Source: a virus (lineage: Duplodnaviria > Caudoviricetes). Taken from it: DNA of 54,728 nt. The notes under the pieces are model-generated. The model had not been told where the DNA came from and did no database searches. It saw nothing but the letters and a program-made list of their open reading frames with translations. The stretch is from positions 1 through 54,728 of IMG/VR virus record IMGVR_UViG_3300044822_000131. One strand, 5' to 3'. The position numbers and the translations under genes are program-made. Of this stretch, positions 1-8,521 are shown piece by piece (the first letter of the stretch is position 1; each line of letters begins with the position of its first letter).

Positions 1-917
1 GCGAGGTCCTGGAGCTTCAGCGGTTGCTCCTCGTCGACACGATGGGCGAGCAGTTGCGTATCGTCCGCCTTCAAGTTGACGCCGTACTTCTCGAGGATGA
101 CCGCTCGGTCGAACGCGCTCGCATTGTGACCGACGAGCAGCCCGCCTCTATCGAGGTGCAGCTTCATGGCAGAAACGCTCTCGGCGATCCGTTCCTTCTC
201 GACGATGTAGATCGTGTGGCCGTTGTCGATCCCGAGGAAGCGCACCTCGAGTTCCGGGTCGCGCAGCGGACGGGCGTTCGTTTCGATGTCGAAGCCCCAC
301 AAACCCGAATGGCCTTCAAGGTCGCATCCGTCCCATATCTTCCAGCGCACGTCGACGCGTGTGAACCCGCCGCTTAAGAGCCGCCGGCCGGTCTGGAAGT
401 CTTGAATGATCTCGCCTTCGTGCGACGGCTCCCGGAGCGCGTAGGCCGGGTGCAGCGTCGGCATGATCTTCACGGGCGCCGTCACGGTGATAGACTTGTG
501 CGGCTCCTGTACCTGCCCCCGGTACTTCGTGATCCCCGAGAGTCCCGTAAGACTCTTGAGCGCTTCGTTCCCGAGCGCGAAGATAATGTCCGGTTTGACC
601 GCTTCGATCTCGCGGACGAGATGCGGCTTGCAGGCGTTGATCTCTTTCGCCGTCGGCTTTCTGTTTGCGGGCGGTCGGCAACGAACGGCGTTCGTGACGC
701 GCACGTCCTCGCGGCGCAGGTTCGCCGCCAAGAGCAGGTGATTCAGCAGCTTGCCCGATTCACCGACGAACGGGACGCCCGAGCGGTCCTCAGAGTCGCC
801 CGGCGCTTCGCCGACGAGCATGATCGTCGCGTCCTCCGGGCCGTTCCCGTTGAGCAGCTGCCGCGTCGCCGTTTTGTAGAGCGGGCAGGCGGTACAGGTC
901 GCCTCGGATTCGTTCAC
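1..917 (-). CDS. polA: UDG(family 4)-fused family A DNA polymerase, second copy; UDG and 3'-5' exonuclease part only, truncated by the window edge
   Basis: Not in the ORF track. Hand translation from GTG 917 (GTGA overlap with helicase stop): MNESEATCTACPLYK...MLVGEAPGDSED...VTNAVRCRP...TLHPAYAL...WGFDIETN...VGHNASAFD...DEEQPLKLQDL; colinear with the 52202-54583 protein. Confidence 0.88.
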   Translation of the reverse strand, partial: MNESEATCTACPLYKTATRQLLNGNGPEDATIMLVGEAPGDSEDRSGVPFVGESGKLLNHLLLAANLRREDVRVTNAVRCRPPANRKPTAKEINACKPHLVREIEAVKPDIIFALGNEALKSLTGLSGITKYRGQVQEPHKSITVTAPVKIMPTLHPAYALREPSHEGEIIQDFQTGRRLLSGGFTRVDVRWKIWDGCDLEGHSGLWGFDIETNARPLRDPELEVRFLGIDNGHTIYIVEKERIAESVSAMKLHLDRGGLLVGHNASAFDRAVILEKYGVNLKADDTQLLAHRVDEEQPLKLQDL

Positions 918-2464
918 AGCGTCAAGAACTCCAAGAAGTTCGTACGGCCGCGCAGCATGACCGAGGCGTCGAGCTTTTCCTTGACGACGCGCTTGGCAAA
1001 ACCGTCCGCGCTGTTCCGCATTTGAAAGTAGGTGATATGCGAGGTTAAGCCGGGGTGCCATATCCGGCGGCGCATTTGTTCGTGCATCGCCGGGTCCATC
1101 GACCAGGAATGAAAGAAGAGGTGCCGCGCGCGGGCAAGCGAGATCCCGACGCCGCCGACTTGCTCTTGGATAACGAGCACGCGCAGCGGTGTTTCGGCCG
1201 TCGAGTTTACGTCGAAGACCGAGAGCGCTGCGAGCGTTTCCGCCTCGGGCGTGTGGCCGTTGACGAGCGCGACGCTTTCAACGCCGTGCGCGTGCCCGAT
1301 CGCTTTGCGAAGCGCTTCGCCGGCAGCCGTGAACGCGTACGAGATGACGACCCGTTGCCCCATCGCGAGCGGTTCGGTTAGGTCCGAGAGCACCGCATCG
1401 GTCTTCGTGTGATGGATCCAGCGCAGGTCGCCCGTCCCCTCGTCGACCAAGAACCCGGCGCACAGTTGCAGGTGACGCAGCAGCTTCGTGAGCCGGTGCG
1501 TGCCGTCGACCGTGAGGTAGTCTTCTGCCAGCACAGACTCTTTGGCGAGTTCGTCGTAGAGCTTGCGCGCCCGTGGCGGGAAGTCGAGGTGCCGGGTCAC
1601 TTCGTTCCACGCTGACGGGCCGAAGTAGTCCTCGGCTTTCACGCGCTGCATGATCGAGAGCACGCGTTCGTAGAACTCCCCCTCGCGTTCGAGCCGCATC
1701 CGTTCGGGTTTGTTTTGGATGAACGGGTTGAGGTGAAAGTAGCGATCCAAGAACGCCTTTTTCGAGGTCCCAAACACGCTCGGATCGAGCACGACGTACT
1801 GCGCGTAAAAACTCGGAGCGCGCTGCGGGTCGGGCGTGCCCGAGAGCAGCCGCCGATACCCGGCACCTCGGGCGAGGCGCCGCAGCGCGCGCGAGCGGTG
1901 CGCGCCGGCCGACGAGATGAGGTGCGCTTCGTCCACGATGATCGCTTCCGGCCCCCACTTGCTTAGGAGGTCCGACAGCTTCTTCGAGGACGATCGCGCG
2001 CGGGCGAGCCGAGCTTCCGCGAGCGTGCCGAACGCCTCTCCCCGGAACAGGTAGGAGTCCTGCACGCGTTCGATCCGCTCGAAGTACACGTCGAGCGTGT
2101 CGAAGTTGAGCAGCAGCACGACGGGGGTGTTGCCCGCCGCGCCCGCAATCAGATCCTCGAGGACCTCCGCGCGCCAGGCCGTGTCGCTCTCGACGAGCGG
2201 AACGTAGTACCCAATCCCGCCCCCCGCGCTCGGGCGCCGGTAGCCTGCACGTTCAAGCTCGTCCGTCCACGTTAGGCGCAGCGGATTCTTCGGTCCGACG
2301 ATGAGCGTGCGCGCCACGCCGCGTTCGTGCTGTCGGCGCACGATTGCCGTAACTTCGGCGCGCGTCTTGCCGAGGCGCGGGTCGTACGCGAGATAAAACG
2401 CAGGCGCGAAGGCCCAATCGGAATACGCGTACTCTGCCTGGTAAGGACGTAACGGTTGAATCAT
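914..2464 (-). CDS. SNF2/DEAH-like superfamily 2 helicase (copy 2)
   Basis: PRLGKT (motif I), IIVDEAH (II), LSGTP (III), GGVGISL (V). Confidence 0.88.
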   Translation of the reverse strand: MIQPLRPYQAEYAYSDWAFAPAFYLAYDPRLGKTRAEVTAIVRRQHERGVARTLIVGPKNPLRLTWTDELERAGYRRPSAGGGIGYYVPLVESDTAWRAEVLEDLIAGAAGNTPVVLLLNFDTLDVYFERIERVQDSYLFRGEAFGTLAEARLARARSSSKKLSDLLSKWGPEAIIVDEAHLISSAGAHRSRALRRLARGAGYRRLLSGTPDPQRAPSFYAQYVVLDPSVFGTSKKAFLDRYFHLNPFIQNKPERMRLEREGEFYERVLSIMQRVKAEDYFGPSAWNEVTRHLDFPPRARKLYDELAKESVLAEDYLTVDGTHRLTKLLRHLQLCAGFLVDEGTGDLRWIHHTKTDAVLSDLTEPLAMGQRVVISYAFTAAGEALRKAIGHAHGVESVALVNGHTPEAETLAALSVFDVNSTAETPLRVLVIQEQVGGVGISLARARHLFFHSWSMDPAMHEQMRRRIWHPGLTSHITYFQMRNSADGFAKRVVKEKLDASVMLRGRTNFLEFLTL

Positions 2465-2468
2465 AGCA

Positions 2469-2626
2469 CCTGGAAGGTCACTTGCAACTCGCGCAGAGTT
2501 CGCCGCGCTTGCCGCTCGATCGGCGTCCCGGTGGCCGGGTTCCCCAAACAGCGTGCTTTCCTTTGGCCTCCACCTCTTCTTCGAGCGCGTGGATCCGGCG
2601 CGCTACGTCAGGGTAGAACGCCTCGA
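2469..2626. repeat. 158-bp direct repeat, copy 1 (copy 2 at 54571-54728)
   Basis: Identical except 2477/54579 and 2499/54601; the last 127 bp are exact. Confidence 0.95.
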
Positions 2627-3230
2627 TGTCCTTGATTTCTTCGGCGTGGGCAAATGCGCCGCACAGACACTCGCCGCTCATATGCAGTAGCGCCGCGACC
2701 TCACTCTCGGGTACGTCGTGCTCCTCGCGGTAGGCGCGCAGGTCGTCCTTCGTCCTGTCTAGGAATGGCGCTACCCAAACCTGCGCGCCTTTGCGCCTCA
2801 CTTCGACAACGTGTCCCATGCGCCGATCGGATTCGGATAGACGTACTCCGGTTATCAGCATGATGCGATCCCGCCGGCTTGTCTTGTGCTCACGCACGAG
2901 AGCCTCGATGCAGCGCTCCTTTAGCCGTGTATACATAAAGAGATGCCCGCCAGGCCCAGGGAACCCGTGTTCTAAGACGATCGCAGCGTAGGAAACCGGC
3001 GGATGGTATTCAAGCAACGGGATGCTGTAGCGAGAGCAAAAATCGTAGACGAACTCGCGTGTCTGCGGAATCCCGATCGTAGTGTTAATGTGGACCGCCG
3101 CGTCGGCGAGGCCGGCATGCCATACTGCGTGGAGTAGCGCCGCCGAATCGTTGCCGCCCGAAAACAGGACGAACCGATGCGAGCAGTCATGCTCGGTGGA
3201 TGCGCGGGCAATTATCTCTTGGAAGCTCAT
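2478..3230 (-). CDS. PAPS reductase-family (PP-loop) protein
   Basis: LFSGGNDS PP-loop, ITGVRLSES, SGECLCGAF. Confidence 0.88.
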   Translation of the reverse strand: MSFQEIIARASTEHDCSHRFVLFSGGNDSAALLHAVWHAGLADAAVHINTTIGIPQTREFVYDFCSRYSIPLLEYHPPVSYAAIVLEHGFPGPGGHLFMYTRLKERCIEALVREHKTSRRDRIMLITGVRLSESDRRMGHVVEVRRKGAQVWVAPFLDRTKDDLRAYREEHDVPESEVAALLHMSGECLCGAFAHAEEIKDIEAFYPDVARRIHALEEEVEAKGKHAVWGTRPPGRRSSGKRGELCASCK

Positions 3231-4654
3231 GCCGCGGCCCGCTTGCGGCGGATGCGGCCGAAGACGAGGCTCTCGCGGTCGGCGTTGCGGAGGGACTCGT
3301 GCAGGTCGCGCTTGTCGGCCAGCAGGTTCGCCACGAACGCATCGACCGTTCCGTCGACGTCGTAGTACGTGATCGTGCGCGGGACCGGGGCGCTGCCGTC
3401 GTGCTTGTAGACGCGATCCCGGCTCTGCTCGTCGTCGGTGAACGAGAACGTCCGCGAGAGGTAGGCGAGGTGCCGGCCCTCGCGCAGCGACACGCCCTCG
3501 GACCCCGACTGCATTTGGACGACGATTGCCGCCGCACCGGGGAAGGCGTTGAACGCTTCGATGTCCTCGGCCCCGGTGCCACGGCCCAAGCGGAACACCG
3601 GCATGTCAGGGAACGCGCGGCCGATCGTGGTTGCGGCCACCTCGCCTTCGTGGACGAAGCGGTGGAACACGACGATCTTCTCGTCCGACGCGACGATCTC
3701 GTCCATGTCGGCGATCAGCGCGTCGATCTTGGCCTGGTGCATCGGCAGCGCGCCCTTGGTCGTGCCGTCGGCGTCGAGGTCGGGCAGGAAGCCCGAGGTG
3801 AGCTGCTGGAGGCGCATCAGCCGCACGGCGGCGTTGGTGGCGGTGATCGTGGCCCAATCGTCGGATTGCAGGACCCACTCCTTGGCGAGCCGGTGGTAGA
3901 GGTTCCACGCTCGCGCGGGCATCTCGACCGTGCGGTGAATCTCTTGGTAGCGGTCCTTGCCGAACCAGTCCTCGCGCCGGTAGATGGCTGCCACCTTCAG
4001 GATCATCGCTTGGAGCTCGTCGACGTTGATGTGCGCCAGCACGCGCGAGGTATACATCGCGTCGCGGACGAGGAAGCGCTGGGCGAACCGCTCGTAGCTG
4101 GAGGGCCAGTTGTCGGGGTCGAGCGGCGCGAGCTGCGACCACAGCGAGCCGTAGTGGCGGGGGGCCGGCGTGCCGGTGAGGCTGCGGACGTAGGGTGTGG
4201 TGCGCGCGAGCTTGCGGTAGGCCCGGCCCCGATCGGTCGAGATCCCGCAGTAGTTGTGGCTCTCGTCGGCTACGAAAACGTCGAGCTTGGGGACGCCTGC
4301 GAAGGCGGCGTTCGCGAGCTTGTCGCGGTTGATGATGGCGACGCCCTCCCAGGCGGGGTCCGACACGAAGCGCTCGGCGGCGAGCCCACTGAGGTCGTAG
4401 AGCTCGTGCGTCGGGATGCCTGCGTCACCGAGCACCGACTTCCAGGTCGGGCCGACTTTGAGCGGCGCGGTCACGAGCGCCCGCCGCCACGCGCCGGCCC
4501 GCCGGCGCAGGGTGAGCGCTATCGCGTTCGTCTTGCCCATCCGGGGCGCGGCGTGAATCGCGCGCTTCGGGAGGTCGCCGTTGGTTTGGTCCTCGAGCCG
4601 CTCCCATTCGTAGGGGCCCTCGGGCTCGGGCAGTTTCCAGGGCCCGAGCTTCAT
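3227..4654 (-). CDS. SNF2/DExH-like superfamily 2 helicase (copy 1)
   Basis: PRMGKT, FVADESH, LTGTP, GSEGVSL, QSRDR. Confidence 0.88.
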   Translation of the reverse strand: MKLGPWKLPEPEGPYEWERLEDQTNGDLPKRAIHAAPRMGKTNAIALTLRRRAGAWRRALVTAPLKVGPTWKSVLGDAGIPTHELYDLSGLAAERFVSDPAWEGVAIINRDKLANAAFAGVPKLDVFVADESHNYCGISTDRGRAYRKLARTTPYVRSLTGTPAPRHYGSLWSQLAPLDPDNWPSSYERFAQRFLVRDAMYTSRVLAHINVDELQAMILKVAAIYRREDWFGKDRYQEIHRTVEMPARAWNLYHRLAKEWVLQSDDWATITATNAAVRLMRLQQLTSGFLPDLDADGTTKGALPMHQAKIDALIADMDEIVASDEKIVVFHRFVHEGEVAATTIGRAFPDMPVFRLGRGTGAEDIEAFNAFPGAAAIVVQMQSGSEGVSLREGRHLAYLSRTFSFTDDEQSRDRVYKHDGSAPVPRTITYYDVDGTVDAFVANLLADKRDLHESLRNADRESLVFGRIRRKRAAA

Positions 4655-4893
4655 GGACTCAGCAGCCCGGCTTCCACGCAGGCCCGAAGCAGGGCGGCGT
4701 GCTCGGCCCGCGCCCGCCGTTCAAGGCGAGAGACCTTCGTCTGCGTGATCCCGAGCTCTTTGGCTATGTCGTACTGGCTCCAACCCTTGGTGGCGCGCAG
4801 CGCTCGGATGCGCTTGAGGAGCAAGGCGTCGCGCTCGGCGCGTTCTGCTTTTGTCATGGTACTCATCATATCCGACTCAGTTAAACGAGTCAA
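4651..4893 (-). CDS. XRE-family helix-turn-helix regulator (start may be a downstream Met)
   Basis: IRALRATKGWSQYDIAKELGITQTKVSRLE. Confidence 0.85.
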   Translation of the reverse strand: MTRLTESDMMSTMTKAERAERDALLLKRIRALRATKGWSQYDIAKELGITQTKVSRLERRARAEHAALLRACVEAGLLSP

Positions 4894-4917
4894 TGAGGAG
4901 TAAGTGTAAACTGCCTA

Positions 4918-4977
4918 TGTATCATGTATCATGTATCACTAATATATAGATTTTTGTGATACATGATACATGATACA
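4918..4977. promoter_or_regulatory. Perfect 22-bp inverted repeat of (TGTATCA)x3 around a 16-bp AT-rich spacer; candidate replication origin or operator
   Basis: tgtatcatgtatcatgtatcac-taatatatagattttt-gtgatacatgatacatgataca, just downstream of the primase-helicase gene. Confidence 0.75.
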
Positions 4978-4991
4978 CGAACAGATGTTCG

Positions 4992-6716
4992 CTATTTTTC
5001 TGCCCGTAGATACCGCATGACCGTGTTGCGCGTTACCCCGAGCGCCGCCTCGATCTCCTTGATCGAAGCGCCGTCCGCTCGCATCTCGCGCGCCTGCTCG
5101 GCCCGGCTTGCGGCGGCTTCGCCCCGGTCGACCGGCTCCTCAATGTCGCCCGCCTGCGCCGAGGAGAGCGACACCCGTTCGGGGTCGCTGGGCAGCACGA
5201 GCTCCAAGGGCACGAGCGAGCCGTCTTCGAGCCGCTCCATTTGGACCGAGCCGTCGCGGGGGTCGACGAGCACCCGCGGCTCGCCCGTGAAGTCCAGGGC
5301 GTAGCCGGGCTCCGGCCAGTTTGTCTTCTCCACGGTGAGCCGCAACGGCCCGCCCGGCTTGCGGGTGGCGCGCAAGAACACCCGCGCCACGTTTCGCATC
5401 TCGGTCGAGCCGAGGTACGCCCCGCCCTTGTTCTCGTGGAAGGTGCCCACGATCGTGCAGCCGGTGCGGGTCGCGATGTCGGCCAGCGCCCCAAGCGCCG
5501 TTCGTGCCCGCTCGGCCGCGTTTTGGCCCTTCTCGTGCTCGAAGTGGGTGTAGATGCTGTCCAAGTACAGGAAACCGCAGCCGGACTCCACCAGGGCAGC
5601 GGAAAGGGCCGTTGCGTCGCGGGGAAGTTGGAGGCTCGAGCCGACCGGGATGTGATACAGCCGCGAGAGGTCCGCGCCGAGCACGGCTGCGGTCAGCGCG
5701 AAGATTTGGAACGGCTCCTCGACCCCGACATGGCCGAACAGGCCGCCCGCCCGCGTCACTCGCGCGGCCATCCACGAGAGGAGGCGCGACTTGCCGATGC
5801 CCCCCTCACCGTAGAGCAGCACCATCTCCCCCTTGGGGAAGAACCGCTCTAGCCACCACTCCTTCGCCTCGACGACGAGGTCCGAGTCTGCTGCCACCTT
5901 CCACCCCTCCGGCCGCAGGCGCACCGCCGGCGCGTCCGGCGACCCCAGCTCCCACTTGGCTGCCGACTTCGCGATGCGGGCCGCGTCGCGGGCCGAGTAC
6001 AGCCCGCGCGCCGGGTCCTGCTCCAGCACCCCCGAGCCGATGATGCCGGTGAGCATGGCGGCGATCGCGCCCTCGGAGAAGCGCCGGGGCCCCCGTAGGA
6101 ACCCCGCGATCTTGGCAAGCTCGTTGTCGTTCTCGCCGATCGGGATCTTGTCGCGCTCCTCGAGCGCGAGCGCCATCTCAATGTCGCCGTGGTCGGTCGC
6201 CCGCTCCAGCAGCCAGTCCGGTGCGGGTGCCGGCGCGCGGTCGTCGATCACATGGTAGCGGAACCCGCCCTCGCGCAGCGAGCCGGGCCCCACGATGTAC
6301 CCCTTGGCCTTGATGTCCCCGATGACGGTCTGCCGGCCGTTCTCGTCGGCCACGACGTATTTGCAGTTGCGCCCCTCCCAGCCCGGCGGCACCGTGAACA
6401 GCGCATGCACGCCGCGCAGCGTCTTCTGCCGCCAGGTCGGCCCGAGCCGCCGCAGCTCCGCCTCGGCTAGTGGCCCCCCAACGTCGAAGTCGGCCAGGAG
6501 GAATTGTCCGTCGAGCGCGATCCCGATGTTGGTATCTTCGCCCCAATCCAAGAACATGTCCTGAGAGACCGCGGAGCGGTGGCCGTGCGCGGCCTTGGGC
6601 TCCTTGCCGGTCGAGATGCGCCCGTTGGGCATAACGTCGCCGGGCTGATAGAGATGCAGCAGCCGCGCGCCGGGCGGGAGTCCCGCACGCACGCTGCGAT
6701 TAGCCTCGGCGCTCAT
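4992..6716 (-). CDS. Bifunctional primase-polymerase / AAA_25-type helicase with C-terminal HTH
   Basis: NIGI..LADFD, TLRGVHALF, GYIVGPGS (Prim-Pol); LYGEGGIGKS Walker A, LYLDSI Walker B; SIKEIEAALGVTRNTVMRYL HTH; start at the ATGA overlap 6716. Confidence 0.88.
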   Translation of the reverse strand: MSAEANRSVRAGLPPGARLLHLYQPGDVMPNGRISTGKEPKAAHGHRSAVSQDMFLDWGEDTNIGIALDGQFLLADFDVGGPLAEAELRRLGPTWRQKTLRGVHALFTVPPGWEGRNCKYVVADENGRQTVIGDIKAKGYIVGPGSLREGGFRYHVIDDRAPAPAPDWLLERATDHGDIEMALALEERDKIPIGENDNELAKIAGFLRGPRRFSEGAIAAMLTGIIGSGVLEQDPARGLYSARDAARIAKSAAKWELGSPDAPAVRLRPEGWKVAADSDLVVEAKEWWLERFFPKGEMVLLYGEGGIGKSRLLSWMAARVTRAGGLFGHVGVEEPFQIFALTAAVLGADLSRLYHIPVGSSLQLPRDATALSAALVESGCGFLYLDSIYTHFEHEKGQNAAERARTALGALADIATRTGCTIVGTFHENKGGAYLGSTEMRNVARVFLRATRKPGGPLRLTVEKTNWPEPGYALDFTGEPRVLVDPRDGSVQMERLEDGSLVPLELVLPSDPERVSLSSAQAGDIEEPVDRGEAAASRAEQAREMRADGASIKEIEAALGVTRNTVMRYLRAEK

Positions 6717-6934
6717 ACGTCGCGCCTTAAGGACGCGATAAACGCCGTTGTCTCCGCTAAGGCTGCCATGTACTCTGCCGAAGGTTGTTTGTCGCGCTCC
6801 TGGCCTGGGCGGTATGCGGCCCAAATCCGATCCCGGAGCGACTTCGGAAGCATGAACCAATGCCTCTTGCACATATGCATCCTCGGCGGGACCGGCACCT
6901 CGCACCCTGGGGCATGGCAGTGGTGTTCGCTCAT
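6713..6934 (-). CDS. Small Cys/His-rich phage protein
   Basis: HCHAPGC...MCKRHWFMLP; ATGA-coupled at both ends. Confidence 0.7.
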   Translation of the reverse strand: MSEHHCHAPGCEVPVPPRMHMCKRHWFMLPKSLRDRIWAAYRPGQERDKQPSAEYMAALAETTAFIASLRRDV

Positions 6935-7230
6935 ACGTCGCTTTGCTTTGTCATCGTACTCTTTTTCTTGCGCCGCTTTGCACGAAGCGCAGTCAGCGTC
7001 TTAGCGTTACGGTAGCGCTGCCGTCGCACGTTGATGTAGTAGCGAGCGTTAGCAGCACGACGCTCGCACAGGTCGGAGCAGTACTTGGGTATGCGACAGA
7101 CGTAGAGCGCGTTCATTTGCCGCTCTAGCGGGATGGTCCCGAAGCAGCGCTCGCATTTCCGCATTTCGTCATACGTCGCATCCCGGCGCTCCCTCTTGGG
7201 GAGCATGACGACGTCGTTCGTTTTCCTCAT
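6931..7230 (-). CDS. Zn-finger-like basic hypothetical protein
   Basis: CERC...KYCSDLC; coupled to neighbours. Confidence 0.6.
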   Translation of the reverse strand: MRKTNDVVMLPKRERRDATYDEMRKCERCFGTIPLERQMNALYVCRIPKYCSDLCERRAANARYYINVRRQRYRNAKTLTALRAKRRKKKSTMTKQSDV

Positions 7231-7565
7231 TCGTCATACACCCCCGAATCGGCGGCGAACCGCCCCGTAGTTTCGTCGTGAACGTGGTTCCAGCAGTTCT
7301 CCGCGTGTGACATGTCGCGAAGGTGCTCGGGATTGAAGCAGAGCGTTTGCTCGCATGCGTGGTCGACCTCACCCGCGGGCCACACGCCGTTGAAATAGGC
7401 GAAGCTCATACGGTGCACGAGAACGGTGCGCCGCTCATACGACATTTTGCCGTAGCGCCGGCCCGATCGGGAAACGCAGTACGCGCCGGTCCACAGCCAG
7501 CAGCCGGCGGGGTCGATGAGCCGCCGCCGAAGCAGCCGCTCACCGACCGTTAGCCGCGCCGTCAC
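7227..7565 (-). CDS. HNH endonuclease
   Basis: GCWLWTGA...YG...VHRMSF...VDHACEQTLCFNPEHL; GTG start at the GTGA overlap. Confidence 0.88.
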   Translation of the reverse strand: MTARLTVGERLLRRRLIDPAGCWLWTGAYCVSRSGRRYGKMSYERRTVLVHRMSFAYFNGVWPAGEVDHACEQTLCFNPEHLRDMSHAENCWNHVHDETTGRFAADSGVYDE

Positions 7566-7768
7566 GGAGTTTGGTTCCCCATGTAGCCCAGCACTCTCCG
7601 CAAAAAGCACTCTCCGCAAACGTGTCGGTCGCGCCCGCGCGGGCGTGTCACACGCACCGTATGCCATCCGCGCGGGATGCCTTTGGAGATTGGGGTTCCT
7701 TGTTTGACGTTCCGTGACTCAGCCGTCTTGCAAAAGTCACAGCCGTAGGTGTAGGTGATTGTTATCAC
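7562..7768 (-). CDS. Small Zn-ribbon hypothetical protein
   Basis: CDFC...PRGW...HVCGEC; GTGA overlaps. Confidence 0.6.
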   Translation of the reverse strand: MITITYTYGCDFCKTAESRNVKQGTPISKGIPRGWHTVRVTRPRGRDRHVCGECFLRRVLGYMGNQTP

Positions 7769-7860
7769 GGAAGCGGCACCCACGCCCACACCACGCGCGC
7801 CGCAGCGTAAGCCGCGATGAGCACGATCCCAATTCCAACTCCGTCGCTATACCATTTCAT
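7765..7860 (-). CDS. Small membrane peptide (31 aa)
   Basis: MKWYSDGVGIGIVLIAAYAAARVVWAWVPLP; fills the gap with TAATG/GTGA coupling. Confidence 0.5.
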   Translation of the reverse strand: MKWYSDGVGIGIVLIAAYAAARVVWAWVPLP

Positions 7861-8051
7861 TAGCGAACCTTCGATCCGGTAAGCCGAAGCAAAAAGTAGG
7901 CTACGTTTACGCCTTGGTCGTAGGCTTCGTTATTGTCTTGGTTGTCGTCCCAGGTGCGGCCGTGCGCGCCGGGCGATTGTATGGCGTCTTTTAATCCAAG
8001 GATAAACGCTTGGACGCGCTCGCCGACCGCGAGCGAACTAAGCGCGCTCAT
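7860..8051 (-). CDS. Hypothetical protein
   Basis: MSALSSLAVGERVQAF...EAYDQGVN; coupled start. Confidence 0.55.
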   Translation of the reverse strand: MSALSSLAVGERVQAFILGLKDAIQSPGAHGRTWDDNQDNNEAYDQGVNVAYFLLRLTGSKVR

Positions 8052-8176
8052 CGGCAGCTCATGTCGAACGCGCACGACGGCGTTGACTGGATGATCTCAT
8101 ACGCGCAGACTCCGATTAGCGCGAATATGACGAGGTACGCTCCTGCTAGGAGCATGTTCTGCGTGCGGCGGTTCAC
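8048..8176 (-). CDS. Small membrane protein (42 aa)
   Basis: MNRRTQNMLLAGAYLVIFALIGVCAY...; GTGA/ATGA coupling on both sides. Confidence 0.5.
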   Translation of the reverse strand: MNRRTQNMLLAGAYLVIFALIGVCAYEIIQSTPSCAFDMSCR

Positions 8177-8451
8177 GGTGCACCGTCGGCCGGAATCGGT
8201 CGAATCTGATGCCATTGGTGTAGCGCGACAATCTCACCTAATCGGGCCACCTCGCCACAATCAATGCAGTACACTAACCTAGTCGCGCTAAAGTCCGCCG
8301 GAATCTTGGCTGCCGCCGATTGAGAATCTACGACGATGACCTTCTCCTCGAACTTGGGGCACGAGCACTCCCGGCCACATTGGCCGCAGTAGTCGTCGCC
8401 TTTGTGCTCGTCTAAGAACGAGCAAATCTCGTCTATTTCATTGGGATCCAT
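8173..8451 (-). CDS. Cys-rich hypothetical protein
   Basis: CGQC, CSC, CIDC; upstream AAGGAAAG RBS. Confidence 0.55.
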   Translation of the reverse strand: MDPNEIDEICSFLDEHKGDDYCGQCGRECSCPKFEEKVIVVDSQSAAAKIPADFSATRLVYCIDCGEVARLGEIVALHQWHQIRPIPADGAP

Positions 8452-8471
8452 CGTTCGTTGCTTTCCTTTCG

Positions 8472-8508
8472 CAAAGAGAACCCTGCGCCGGTGCGAACCG
8501 GCGCAGGG
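8472..8508 (-). terminator. Intrinsic terminator after DUF932
   Basis: 12-bp stem ccctgcgccggt/accggcgcaggg followed on the minus strand by ttctcttt. Confidence 0.75.
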
Positions 8509-8521
8509 GCGTGTAGGTAGG

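Noticed and set aside
3200-4903. Long antisense and alternative-frame ORFs (e.g. 3200-4903 +, 39279-40895 -, 45379-47292 +, 53606-54718 +)
   Set aside because: Shadow ORFs expected in high-GC DNA; they overlap well-supported genes and lack motifs.
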